A stretch of DNA of 64,000 nucleotides from Candidatus Latescibacterota bacterium (GCA_965116875.1 OZ220733.1:5312001-5376000); one strand, 5' to 3'; counted from the first letter of the stretch, positions 8,945 to 19,021 are shown. A program made the numbers and translations. Notes: generated by a model not told the origin, from the letters alone.

Positions 8945-9814
8945 TTATCCCGCATTGCGGAAGAATGCCATCAAATCTTCTCGGACGCTCCTGCTTCCGT
9001 GGACTACGCTGTGGGGTTCGTCCGGATACACCCGGAATTCGGCGCCGGGGATCTTCGCTGCCAGGTCCCTGCCCCAATCCACGGGCACTTCCCTGTCCCT
9101 CGCGCCGTGAACAACCAGCGTTGGCGCTCCCACGCGGCCACATTCGACGGATAAGTTTCTGTCCAGGTACGCGCCAATAGACTTCAATTGGGTCCCGTAC
9201 CATTCAACGCGATCCTGAAAGCTGGATTGTTCTACGAGCCCTTTGACCCGCTCTTCATACTCCTCCAGCGTTCCCCGCTCCTCCATCTCGTCTCGTTCCC
9301 AGAGAACGTCAAGAGAGAGCTCGACACCTTCCGGCCGATTCTCCCATGCGGATGTAGGACCCTGTTTATCAAGAACTTCCGATAGTTTCTTAACAATGCG
9401 GGTAACCGGATCGTCGTCCGGCCATAGATGCGCCGCGGTCCCGGCCAAAACGAGCGTCTCGACTCGCTCGGGGTAGCGCGTTGCAAACAGAATCGCAATC
9501 GGACCCCCGGCGGAGGAACCGATGACGTGCGCGCTTTCGATCTCGAGGTGGTCCAGCAATTCCGCCAGGTCGCGCGCCTGGTTTTCCAGGTCATAGCCCG
9601 ACTCCGGACGGGAAGACAGCCAGCAGCCCCGGCGGTCGTACATCACATACCGGAATTCCGAGGCAAAATCCAACTCCCATCCCCACCCGCCACCCGGTTC
9701 GGCGCGGAGATGCATATCAAGCGAAGGAAATCCACCGTGTACGAACACGATGACTTCGCCTTCCCCGCGCACGTCGTAGAACATCCGAAACCCGTTTATT
9801 GCGGTATACGGCAT
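8945..9814 (-). CDS. alpha/beta fold hydrolase
   Basis: FVHGG, YDRRG, GSSAGG nucleophile elbow, VHGARD. Confidence 0.9.
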   Translation of the reverse strand: MPYTAINGFRMFYDVRGEGEVIVFVHGGFPSLDMHLRAEPGGGWGWELDFASEFRYVMYDRRGCWLSSRPESGYDLENQARDLAELLDHLEIESAHVIGSSAGGPIAILFATRYPERVETLVLAGTAAHLWPDDDPVTRIVKKLSEVLDKQGPTSAWENRPEGVELSLDVLWERDEMEERGTLEEYEERVKGLVEQSSFQDRVEWYGTQLKSIGAYLDRNLSVECGRVGAPTLVVHGARDREVPVDWGRDLAAKIPGAEFRVYPDEPHSVVHGSRSVREDLMAFFRNAG

Positions 9815-9976
9815 GTTGAATGCGGCCTTACAAACCGCTGTCTCTCAGTTTCTCGATTATCTTCCGATCCGTCTCGACCGCCCTGTCTCCGGCCGGTTAT
9901 TTGAGAGGATAAAGCCCGGCTTCGGCCGCGTCGTCACCAGTCGCATCGTCGCCATATAATCAGCGCGAGTGAGCAC

Positions 9977-10007
9977 ATCATATACGCAGGTACGAGTCGC
10001 CTGTCAA
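9977..10007 (-). promoter_or_regulatory. putative sigma70 promoter for leftward genes
   Basis: TTGACA at 10007-10002 followed by TATATG (17-nt spacer) or TATGAT (19-nt spacer). Confidence 0.4.
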
Positions 10008-10063
10008 GGTCAATTCCCCGAATGCGCCGCAATTTCTGCTGCTGCTTTCCGGCTTCCGTTCAC

Positions 10064-10092
10064 TTGACGAAGCCAGCCGTTTACCCTATATT
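10064..10092 (+). promoter_or_regulatory. putative sigma70 promoter of the leader-TonB receptor unit
   Basis: TTGACG-17 nt-TATATT. Confidence 0.6.
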
Positions 10093-10139
10093 CCCAAACG
10101 GATCCCGGTAAGTTCTGTACTCTTCCGGAGACGGTAGGG

Positions 10140-10442
10140 ATGTTATTTTCCTGCAGGCGAATTCATCCGGTTGTCGTTTTCGCCCTGGCAGTTTTCACGG
10201 GATACCTTGCGGCTTTTCTGCTTGCCGCTTTCCCCGAACACGATCACGATCACCATCAACAATGTGGCGATCATGATCAACTATGTACTGTCTGCGGCTG
10301 GTTCAACAATCTGAGTATCAGTCTGCCGGCAGTGCTGGTGTTGCAACTCTGCTTTCTGTACTTCAGGCAGGGGTTTTCCTCGTTCCGTTCCCCGCGACTT
10401 TCCCTCCTTCTGCCAGACGGACGCGCACCTCCCGCGTCCTGA
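10140..10442 (+). CDS. DUF2946/CruR-like leader peptide 1 (TM, His-rich, CxxC, C-terminal RAPP)
   Basis: hydrophobic N-terminus, EHDHDHHQQCGDHDQLCTVC, ends PDGRAPPAS. Confidence 0.8.
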   Translation: MLFSCRRIHPVVVFALAVFTGYLAAFLLAAFPEHDHDHHQQCGDHDQLCTVCGWFNNLSISLPAVLVLQLCFLYFRQGFSSFRSPRLSLLLPDGRAPPAS

Positions 10443-10839
10443 TCCATCCTCACGTGTCTTCATGACACGTCCGCAATATAACTCCAACGTTTCTTTCAGT
10501 CGGGTCAACCCGGGTCTGCCCTGAATTGAATCTGTGCATGCGGAATTGCGCCCCTTTTCTGCGTGAGGGTTGACGCTCGGGACCGCGTATCGCGCATTCC
10601 CGCAGTCTCCGGGTCTGGCTACGCCCGCAATGGCGGATAACCGGTCTCGCGGATTCGGGCCTCGGCAACTTACCGGCACATCCGAAGTTGGTCCGCCACA
10701 CAGGCCGAGGGGGAATTCGCGCCCATTTCGGTGGCGGTCACCGCACCGTAGCAGAAAGCGCGGCAGGTTCGGAAGTTACGTTTCCGGTATAACCATTGCT
10801 GTATCCCGGTTTGTCTTGCGCTCAACTGGAGACCGCAGG

Positions 10840-11136
10840 ATGTTTTATTCCTCCAGACGGACTCATCCATCCGCTCTCTTCGCGCTGGCGATATTCGCGA
10901 CCTACCTGGCTGCGTTTCTGGTTGCCGCCTTCCCCGTACACGATCACGATCACCAGTGTCACGATCACGATCAACAATGTACTGTCTGCGCCTGGTTCAA
11001 CAACCTGAGCGTGAGTCTGCCGGCAGTGCTGGTGTTGCAACTCTGCTTTTTGTATTTCAGGCAGGGTTTTCCCTCGTTCCACTCCCTTCGCTCTTCCCTC
11101 CTTCTGCCACAAGGTCGCGCACCTCCGGCGTCCTGA
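10840..11136 (+). CDS. DUF2946/CruR-like leader peptide 2
   Basis: ATG 10840 after GGAG; paralog of leader 1: VHDHDHQCHDHDQQCTVC, ends PQGRAPPAS. Confidence 0.8.
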   Translation: MFYSSRRTHPSALFALAIFATYLAAFLVAAFPVHDHDHQCHDHDQQCTVCAWFNNLSVSLPAVLVLQLCFLYFRQGFPSFHSLRSSLLLPQGRAPPAS

Positions 11137-11452
11137 TCCACCCTCACGTGTCTCTATGACACGTCCTCGGTACTTCCAGGCTTTATTCAAACAGGTCGTT
11201 CCAGATCGACCCTGAATCGAAACCGTGCATGCGGAAATGCGCCTCGGATCTGCACGCGTGTAGACTCCCGGGACCGCGTATCGCCCATTCCCGCATTCTC
11301 CGGGTCTGACTACGCCCGCGCGGGCGTGTATCCGTCAGGGTGATCCGGCATTTGCCCAGCATTCCGGCAATTCCGCAGTTCGTCCACCGCGTCGGCGGAT
11401 GTTCACGCGAGATTCGGGGCGAATTGAGATTCCGGTACACAGGAGAACACAA

Positions 11453-13795
11453 ATGTTCAACAGGTTAAAAAGAAAGACAACCAGTCAACGGATCGGAGCA
11501 GCGGAGGATTTCGACGTGTTCCTGTCCGTTCGTGGAAAGGAAGACCCCAACCCGGGCGACGGATCCAGCCGGCGTTCCGTCATCCGGTTGCCCATTGTCC
11601 TTGCGGCCCTCGCATTGCTGTCTCTGGGCCTTCTGGCGGAAATCGGCTCGGCAACTCAGGCGGTGTTGATCGAAGGGTATGTCTTCGACGGCGAGACCGG
11701 ACTGCCGGTCTGGAACGTGAACGTCCAATCTGCAGATCACTCCGCGGGCTCGTCTACGGACGAAAAAGGCCGGTTCGTACTCCATCTGTCGCCGGGTGTT
11801 TACCGGCTGACCTTCACGCACGTCGGCTATCAGGAAACGAACCACGAACTGAACGTCTCGGGTGCGAAGCATCCCGTTGTCTATCTGGAACTGGCGCGGC
11901 TGGATCACCGGCTGGACCCCATCGACGTTGTGGCCGAACGCGATGAAACCCGATTTGAAGAACTGCACGAGGCCACCCGTGTGCTTTCGGGCGACGAACT
12001 CAGAAAGAAATACAGCATCACGTTGGCCGAGACCATGAAGAATGAACTCGGCGTCGCCATCCGGAGCATGGGGCCGGCGCCGGCCCGCCCCGTCATCCGC
12101 GGGCTCAGCGGCGACCGGGTACAGATCAACGTCGACGGCATTCAGTCTCAGGACCTTTCCGCAACGTCGGCTGACCATGCGGTAACCGTCGAGACGTTCA
12201 ACGCGGAACGCCTGGAAATCATCCGGGGACCCCGCACGCTGCTGCACACCTCCACGGCCGGCGGCGGCGTGATCAACGTCGTCAAGCACAGGATCCCCGA
12301 AACCCGGCCGGAGCGCTTCTTCGGGAGCGTGGGCGCCTACGGGGAAACAGCGAACCGGGGTTATTTCTCGTCCGCCGCCCTCACCGCGCCCGTGGGTCCG
12401 CTCGCGATGCGCGCCGAGTCCACCTACCGGGATACCCGGGACATCCAGACCCCGGTCGGACGGCTTGCCAACACGCCGATCAACACCCGCACATATGCCC
12501 TCGGCGTGTCCTACGCGGGCGACCGTGGGTACGTCGGCGGATCATTCGATCAATTCGAGACTCAGTACGGCATTCCGGGCGGATTCGTTGGCGCCCATCC
12601 CAATGGCGCGGACCTCGATATTATCCGTCGGGTCTTCGACGGGAAGGCTGTCTTTCGGCTCGACGGCGCGACGGCAGACAGAATCGAGGCCGGCTTTACG
12701 AAGGCCTATTACCGCCACACTGAGTACGAATCCAGCGGCAGCATCGGGTCTGAGTTTCTTTTTCATAACTACAGCGGCGATCTCAAACTCCACCTGAACT
12801 CGGAAAACAGGGAGCAAAACACCGTTCTCGCCGCCGGCTTCGAACACCGCAATCTCAAGCTGGGGGGTTTTGTCTTTACCCCGCCCACCCGAAAGCAGGA
12901 CGTCAACTTCGGACTGTATCACGAAACAACCTGGCGCAATATCGAGCTACAGGCCGCGGCCCGGTACGCCTATGCCACGTTTGACCCGCGCAGCCAGTTG
13001 GAAACCAACAAGAGGCTGGACGTAGACCGTGTCTTTCACACATGGTCCGCGGCGTTCAGCCCGCTGGTGCCGATAACCGGCCAGCTGACAGCTGGCTTCA
13101 GTCTCAGCCGCTCCCAGCGCGCGCCCACCATCGAGGAACTCTACAACGAAGGACCGCACCTGGCCGCTTACACCTTCGAGAAGGGCAACGTGGAACTCAA
13201 TGCCGAACGCAGTTTTGGCGCGGAGGCGTTCTTCCACTACCTGCAGCCGGGATTCGACCTGGTCTTCACCGGATTCTGGAACGAATTCGGCAATTACATC
13301 GCGCCGCGAAATACGGGAGAAATCAACTGGTCCAAACTGCTTCCCATCTACGCCGCTGAAGGGATAGACGCGAGAATGACCGGGGTGGAGACCCACCTGA
13401 AATGGCGTCCAAACGCACGCCTGGAACTGGAGATGAACCTGAGCCACGTGCGCGGAGAAAACCGGGATGACCGTATGCCCCTGCCGGAAATGCCGCCTCT
13501 CAAGTTCGTCGGCAGTGCAACCTACAGGCACCCCTGGCTTACCGGGGGTGGAACCATGGAGTGGACCACGGGACAGGAACGCGTGGATACGTACGAAGAC
13601 CCCACCGACGGTTATTCGGTCTTCGGCATCTTCATTCAGCGCGATTTCCTCGCGAATCAGGCGCGTCACAGCTTTATCCTGTCCCTCGAGAATCTCTTCG
13701 ACGCGGAGTACCGCAACCACCTGTCGCGCGTCCGGTCCGTGATGCCCGAAACCGGCCGGAGCCTTAAACTGAACTACAAGACGGTTTTCTTTTAG
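11453..13795 (+). CDS. TonB-dependent receptor with N-terminal carboxypeptidase-regulatory-like domain, probable metal uptake
   Basis: AGGAGA RBS before ATG 11453; plug motifs RPVIRGLSGDRV, SADHAV, LEIIRGP; ENLFDAEYRNHLS; C-terminal Phe. Confidence 0.9.
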   Translation: MFNRLKRKTTSQRIGAAEDFDVFLSVRGKEDPNPGDGSSRRSVIRLPIVLAALALLSLGLLAEIGSATQAVLIEGYVFDGETGLPVWNVNVQSADHSAGSSTDEKGRFVLHLSPGVYRLTFTHVGYQETNHELNVSGAKHPVVYLELARLDHRLDPIDVVAERDETRFEELHEATRVLSGDELRKKYSITLAETMKNELGVAIRSMGPAPARPVIRGLSGDRVQINVDGIQSQDLSATSADHAVTVETFNAERLEIIRGPRTLLHTSTAGGGVINVVKHRIPETRPERFFGSVGAYGETANRGYFSSAALTAPVGPLAMRAESTYRDTRDIQTPVGRLANTPINTRTYALGVSYAGDRGYVGGSFDQFETQYGIPGGFVGAHPNGADLDIIRRVFDGKAVFRLDGATADRIEAGFTKAYYRHTEYESSGSIGSEFLFHNYSGDLKLHLNSENREQNTVLAAGFEHRNLKLGGFVFTPPTRKQDVNFGLYHETTWRNIELQAAARYAYATFDPRSQLETNKRLDVDRVFHTWSAAFSPLVPITGQLTAGFSLSRSQRAPTIEELYNEGPHLAAYTFEKGNVELNAERSFGAEAFFHYLQPGFDLVFTGFWNEFGNYIAPRNTGEINWSKLLPIYAAEGIDARMTGVETHLKWRPNARLELEMNLSHVRGENRDDRMPLPEMPPLKFVGSATYRHPWLTGGGTMEWTTGQERVDTYEDPTDGYSVFGIFIQRDFLANQARHSFILSLENLFDAEYRNHLSRVRSVMPETGRSLKLNYKTVFF

Positions 13796-13828
13796 CCTCC
13801 ACTCTACGCCAGCAGAAAGACAAATCAA

Positions 13829-13870
13829 CAGCTCCGTGTCACTCGTTGTACACGGGGCTGACCTCCTTTT
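13829..13870 (+). terminator. hairpin after the TonB receptor, possible terminator
   Basis: CAGCTCCGTGT...ACACGGGGCTG stem followed shortly by TTTT. Confidence 0.4.
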
Positions 13871-13891
13871 GGGCTGATCGTCGAACCTTAG

Positions 13892-14051
13892 CAGCCCGTT
13901 GAAAAAGCCCATCCGGTCTACGGCCGGCCCTTGCGGTCGAAATACTGCGTTGCGCTCCCTCGCCGAATCGTTGGATGGGACTCGGTCGCGCGCCTTGTCT
14001 TCGACCACAATGACTCGGCCTCGCCTGCAGAGCGACTTTATCAACGGACTG
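13892..14051. mobile_element. MITE family 2 copy 1 (160 bp)
   Basis: TIRs CAGCCCGTTGAAAAA / TTTATCAACGGACTG; TTAG TSD at 13888-13891 and 14052-14055; 6 differences from copy 2. Confidence 0.9.
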
Positions 14052-14224
14052 TTAGCATACCAACGGCGAGAAGACCTGCTCGCCTTCCTGCCGATCGGCG
14101 TCCCCGTCGTGCACCCTTTCTGGCATCGCCCGTCGTATCACACGCTCCACAACGCGTGGAATCCAGGTACCCCGAACATCCGCCGTTCGGTTTCCGAAAT
14201 CCGGGACAAGGAGACGCGGACGGG

Positions 14225-15011
14225 TCAGACGAGATCCGAGCAGACACTCGTCTCGAGGGTACCGAACTTGAAGGGATCGTGAAACCGATCCAGCAGTCCC
14301 TTTTCCAATTGCCTCTGTAAGGTACGGACGATTGACTTCGCGTGGATGTGATCGTGCCAGATATACCGACGTTAGAGCCTTTGCTTCCGTCCACTGCTCA
14401 CCCTCCTCGCGGGGCACGTTGCGTCCTGAATCGCGCTCATTCAACTCGGTAATCCGCGACAGGCATTCGCGTCTCCGCTCCACGAAAGAACAAGACTCCA
14501 GGATCGGTGTAAGTCCAAGGCACTGCAGATAGTAGCCCTGTACGCGATCCACGTGCTGATACACCTCCCGGATTGAACATGGGGCAATTCCGTAGAATGT
14601 CTCCCGATCTCGATCCGGATCTCTCCAGTCAGGAAGCGTTGCGGCATCGTACAGCTCCTGGAAGCAGGCGCCGGAGAACGAGGCGATCTGACACCACTGG
14701 TCGAACGTAGACCGATCCAGCCGTTCTCTGTCGTAATCCAGGAGGATCTCGTTGTCGGCATCTTCGACACACAACCCGCTTTGATGAATCCTCGTTCGCA
14801 CCAACTCGCAAGAGGCACCGGACTTGAGCCCGAGCCAATGGGCATAGCGCCGAATCTCCCTGTCGACTTTGGACAAGCATATCCCTTCGGCGGGCCCGCG
14901 GACAAAGGCGCCGGGGAGCTCAGCAACGAATCCGATCCATCCTATCCCGTTCGTCTCGAATTCGACGTGTACGAGGTCTGGTACAATGAATTTGATAGCG
15001 CGAGTCGCGAT
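14225..15011 (-). pseudogene. HicB-like N-terminus/DinB-like protein, frameshifted
   Basis: AELPGAFVRG N-terminal motif; removing one base near 14372 restores WTEAKALRRYIWHDHIHAKSI and a stop at 14225; only an ATC follows the GGAGG RBS. Confidence 0.7.
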
Positions 15012-15097
15012 GTGAGGACCTCCGTCACAAATCTGATCTTACAGCCAGGCACCCAAGCTTCCAAATCCAGGTACGCTCACTGCCTATTGGATCTAAG

Positions 15098-15481
15098 TTA
15101 CTCGATGATCTTCCGATCCGCCTCGAACGCCAGGTCTACGGGAGGTTCATCAAGAGTAAACAGTCCGACCTCAGCCGCATCGTCGCCTGCAACGAGGTCG
15201 CCTCCTCTTTCAGTTACGAGAAAGTAAACGCCAACGACGCTTCTCTCCGGCGAGTGATGCGTCGAGAGCACGTCCACCACGTCGCCGACTTCCACGTCCA
15301 GACCGGCCTCTTCCCTGATCTCGCGTTTGACGGCTGTTCGGACGTCCTCTCCAACCTCGACCTTGCCGCAAGGGATACACCATTTGACCCGGTTTGCCCC
15401 ATATTTCCGGCGTACCAGTACGATTCGGTTACCCCATAGGATCACCCCGGCAACACCCGCATTGACGTAATTCGCGGTCAT
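15098..15481 (-). CDS. NUDIX hydrolase
   Basis: Nudix box GKVEVGEDVRTAVKREIREEAGL. Confidence 0.9.
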   Translation of the reverse strand: MTANYVNAGVAGVILWGNRIVLVRRKYGANRVKWCIPCGKVEVGEDVRTAVKREIREEAGLDVEVGDVVDVLSTHHSPERSVVGVYFLVTERGGDLVAGDDAAEVGLFTLDEPPVDLAFEADRKIIE

Positions 15482-15591
15482 TGCTGAACGCTTTCTCGTA
15501 ATGTACTAATGTTGTTTGTACGATGGCTGGGAACTGGCTTGCGTGGCGCACGAGTAAACTTGCCGATGTCCTCGTAAACCCTTGCCCCCAA

Positions 15592-17703
15592 TCACTTCAA
15601 TGCTGACAGGCAACAGAACTTCAACTTTTCTCCTGAGCCGCAAGGGCATGGTGCGTAGGGATTCAATCCGCGGGCTGTCTGGAGTTCATTAAGCAGAACT
15701 CGGCTTCTTCTGCGCCATGCGGCTATTCTTGCTTCACCGTTTCGAAGATCGCCCCAGACGGCGGGTTGCAGAATTGGTCCGCGATTTCGCGGTATGAACA
15801 GTCCGGAGAGTTTATCGCGAGCCTTCTGCAACACCGACATCGGGATCGTCTCTTTCAGTCCGGAATTCACGGCAGCGACCACTTGACCCCCTTCGTTTTC
15901 CACTAGCCGCTCCGCGATCTCGCGCCGAAAGCTGTTCCCGACGGCCGATTCCCTGAATCGCAATACGCCATCGAGAAGGCCGGGCTGTTGTTCTATCAAC
16001 GCTCCAAGATCCGAATTGAACCGGCCAGTCAAAGCGTAACTCGCTGCTTCATCCGCCCATGTGCTTCCGCCAGATGCGGAGAAAGCTACACTCGCCAGCA
16101 TCTCACTGCCCAGCAGCATTCGGGTAGCGGTGGCATTAATATGCCGACAAATCACTCCTTTTCGTATCACCGATGCAAGACGCAATACTGGATAGGCCAG
16201 CCAACGCGGTACCGCGCCCGTCGGTGTCCCACCGCTAATTCCCAAGAGCGTACGAATGGATGGATTCACCATTGAACCGCGCGTCATCTGTCCCAACTGC
16301 TCTGAGGTCAGGGCATCCGTCAGATCTATAGACATTGACGCGAGCCCTTCCATTTGTCTTTCGGCGATCTTCTCCTTTCCGGGAAAGGGGGTCAGCTGCT
16401 GACGAATTATCTCTGCGACTGTCCGCTCCTTGAATGACTCCTCCGTACTGGACTTGGAACCCAACTTTATTGTTGCTATTTCTCCGACTAGCGCACCTGG
16501 TTCTGGAAACCCAACAACCGGCTCGTTCGGCTGCACAATCAGGCGTATCGCCTCAACTTCAACGAATTTCCAGAACCAGAACGAGCCAAGCAGGTCGTGG
16601 AGCCTTCCCAAATGACCGACGGACAGGTACGTAACGTCGAAGCAGATCAGTCCAACGACGACATCGTGCAACGCGGAGTAGTTGTCAAGTGCCACTTCGC
16701 CATCCACATACCCTTCTCCGACAATGAACTGCTGAGTACCCGATTTACCGGTTGCCGTAAACGTCTGCGACGTCGTATATTTCCCCCATGGCAGCAAGTC
16801 CCCTAGGAAGTAGACGCTGTCTCGGTCACGTTGCCCAATCGCGGCACTTCCCGAAGCCGTTGCGGTCGGGCGCTCATGGGCCTGCATATCGGCGACGGCT
16901 TCAAGGGTAAGCAGTGCGCTCCGGTGGTCAGCCGGATCGACCCGATAGCTTATGCGTCTGACATTTGCTTGTACCCGCGAAGATCCTTCCGGCAACACAA
17001 TGAAGTGGGGACCGGTCCCGAACAGCGGGTGGGTTTCCGCTCCACGTTTCAGCGCTGCAATCACATGATCGTCTTGAAGACCGAAGCCTAAAAATAGGAC
17101 GCTACAATTGGCGAAAACCGAACGAAGTGCGTTTACGAACGGTGGGTCGGTTGGCACACCGTCGTAGTCACGTGAGGAAAACACCATCGTCTCGACCGCA
17201 CTGATCGACCCGTGCAGTTTGCATATGAATGCCTTGCGTTGGTCCAGCAACAGGGTTAACCGTTCGATATCTGACCGTTGAACGGCCTCCGGTCCAGACA
17301 GGTGGCGCTCTAGGGACTCGTCGACGTTGGTTGTCAAAACGTTCGTCGGCTTGATCCGATCGAGGGCGCGTACCATTCGCTCGTAGACAGGGGTCGCTTG
17401 TTGTGGTGCGAAGGCGTCAGTCAAACAGGAGTAATACAGCGTGGAGTCGCTCGTCCTCATCTCCTCAAAGAGCTCGGGGTATGACCTTTCCGCTAATAGG
17501 GACGAAGCGGTATCCTTGGCGTAGTTGCCCGCCTCCCTTGCGAATCGCAGGTGCATTCGGTCTGCCAGCGCGTCCCATAGAGGGTAACCCGCCCACGCGC
17601 TCGCACCTGCCCCGAGCCAGACTACCAGTGGACGCCGGCGGGAAACAACCAGCGTTTCGAGAGCGTGAAGCGCTTGTTTGGTCTCAAGATCTTCACAAAA
17701 CAC
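15592..17703 (-). CDS. SIR2-like domain protein with C-terminal SEC-C metal-binding motif
   Basis: LGAGAS, TTNVD, KLHGS, LFLGFGLQD; ends PCPCGSGEKLKFCC. Confidence 0.85.
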   Translation of the reverse strand: MFCEDLETKQALHALETLVVSRRRPLVVWLGAGASAWAGYPLWDALADRMHLRFAREAGNYAKDTASSLLAERSYPELFEEMRTSDSTLYYSCLTDAFAPQQATPVYERMVRALDRIKPTNVLTTNVDESLERHLSGPEAVQRSDIERLTLLLDQRKAFICKLHGSISAVETMVFSSRDYDGVPTDPPFVNALRSVFANCSVLFLGFGLQDDHVIAALKRGAETHPLFGTGPHFIVLPEGSSRVQANVRRISYRVDPADHRSALLTLEAVADMQAHERPTATASGSAAIGQRDRDSVYFLGDLLPWGKYTTSQTFTATGKSGTQQFIVGEGYVDGEVALDNYSALHDVVVGLICFDVTYLSVGHLGRLHDLLGSFWFWKFVEVEAIRLIVQPNEPVVGFPEPGALVGEIATIKLGSKSSTEESFKERTVAEIIRQQLTPFPGKEKIAERQMEGLASMSIDLTDALTSEQLGQMTRGSMVNPSIRTLLGISGGTPTGAVPRWLAYPVLRLASVIRKGVICRHINATATRMLLGSEMLASVAFSASGGSTWADEAASYALTGRFNSDLGALIEQQPGLLDGVLRFRESAVGNSFRREIAERLVENEGGQVVAAVNSGLKETIPMSVLQKARDKLSGLFIPRNRGPILQPAVWGDLRNGEARIAAWRRRSRVLLNELQTARGLNPYAPCPCGSGEKLKFCCLSALK

Positions 17704-18083
17704 TATTGACCCCCTTCGCTTCGGCTGTCGGCGTCAGTTCATTGCTGCAGATCGAAGATGGTTTGCACTAATGGGTAAAGAATGATATCGCACCACCGCG
17801 GCATAGTTCGAAGAAAGCGTTCTAACGGAGCGGAGCGCTTCAAGGCCGCTAGATGTTCTAGCTTGCCCTCGCAAGCGCGAGTAGCGACGTATATTCGGGG
17901 CGCTAAGCGGATGGAGTGCCTGCTAGGCGTGGCACCACTTCCGGAAGTTCCCCCGCAGGATATCTGTACTCGTTATTTCGCCAATGCGCTCTTCCCGATA
18001 CGTCGGAAATCACCTCTAGTTCGCGTTCGTTAGCAGCAGCGATCAGTTCCCGCGTGCGCTCAATCCTGCCCCAGAACCCCTTG

Positions 18084-18983
18084 TCAAACGTCCTCTTCCT
18101 CGGAGCCCGAAAATATGCTTTGTGCATCGCGTGGCAACTTGCTGACGTGCATGAGGAAGGCCAATGCGCTTTCGGCTTTTTCTACCTGAAAACGGTATCC
18201 ATACTCGTTTCCGACGGTCTGCGCCGTCCGAACGAACAGCCTGTGGATCGCCTGCAAAGACTCGGTGATATCGTCATAATCCGATCCTGCATAGGTGCGT
18301 TGGAACTCCCGCCAGTCTTCAGATTCAAGGTGCTCTTCCAGGTCTTTCCCTTCGCTTCCCAGCGATCTCTCGAATCCCTTCCTCACGCCGATGTACCAGC
18401 CCAGCATCAGGACGAGGTCCTGTCGCAGGCGGTCAATATGACACTTCAGCAATGGGAGCTTCCGTCGCCACAAAGCCTTTGGAACGTGCGATCCGAGGCT
18501 GAAGCAGAATGTGTTGCAGCAGTCATTATACCACTTCTGCGTGGGCTCCGTGATGAAGAAACCTCCTTCACTGGAATTCGGGAGATCGGGAATCAGACCG
18601 TCCTTGTCCAGCAGGACCCGGGTGAGACTGTCGAATGGGCGCCTCTTTAGCATTTCGACAGGCAAAAACGCCATATCGATGCGATTGCCGTCTGTAAATT
18701 GGACGTTGTAGGTATAGCGACCGTCTCGGATGCCGGGCCTGTAGACCTGGTCCTCTACCCTTTCAACGAGGAGCGGGACCCCAAAGTACGGAACAACACG
18801 TGTTTCTACTCTGAATGGTTCGACGTTCGTGACAAAAAAGACAATATCGTAGTCCTGGAAAATGTCCTTTTCGGCGTTCGGGTTGACACGAGACCCATTC
18901 ATTACGACCGCCCGAATCCGGTCGTCGGCTCGGGCAAAGCCGAGGATCAGCGCCAGCATTTCTTCTTCGGTTCGCGTCCTCAC
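18084..18983 (-). CDS. aminoglycoside 6-adenylyltransferase (AadK/AadE-like) family protein
   Basis: MRTEEEML...IRAVVMNGSRVNPN..DIFQDYDIV, QFTDGNRID, VLLDKDG. Confidence 0.85.
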   Translation of the reverse strand: MRTRTEEEMLALILGFARADDRIRAVVMNGSRVNPNAEKDIFQDYDIVFFVTNVEPFRVETRVVPYFGVPLLVERVEDQVYRPGIRDGRYTYNVQFTDGNRIDMAFLPVEMLKRRPFDSLTRVLLDKDGLIPDLPNSSEGGFFITEPTQKWYNDCCNTFCFSLGSHVPKALWRRKLPLLKCHIDRLRQDLVLMLGWYIGVRKGFERSLGSEGKDLEEHLESEDWREFQRTYAGSDYDDITESLQAIHRLFVRTAQTVGNEYGYRFQVEKAESALAFLMHVSKLPRDAQSIFSGSEEEDV

Positions 18984-19021
18984 GTGATCCTCACTGCAAA
19001 TGAGACATCATTGAAATGCGT

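Noticed and set aside
10570-10839. 188-aa extended version of leader peptide 2
   Set aside because: Homology to leader 1 begins at ATG 10840, which has its own RBS
10443-11452. Cobalamin or other known riboswitch upstream of the TonB receptor
   Set aside because: No B12-box or other recognisable consensus by eye; an Rfam scan is needed to exclude it formally
12947-14044. 365-aa minus-strand ORF
   Set aside because: Antisense shadow of the TonB receptor that starts inside a MITE
17903-18127. 74-aa ORF between the SIR2 gene and the aadK-like gene (similar 41453-41641)
   Set aside because: Overlaps the upstream gene and lacks a credible start; at most a C-terminal fragment
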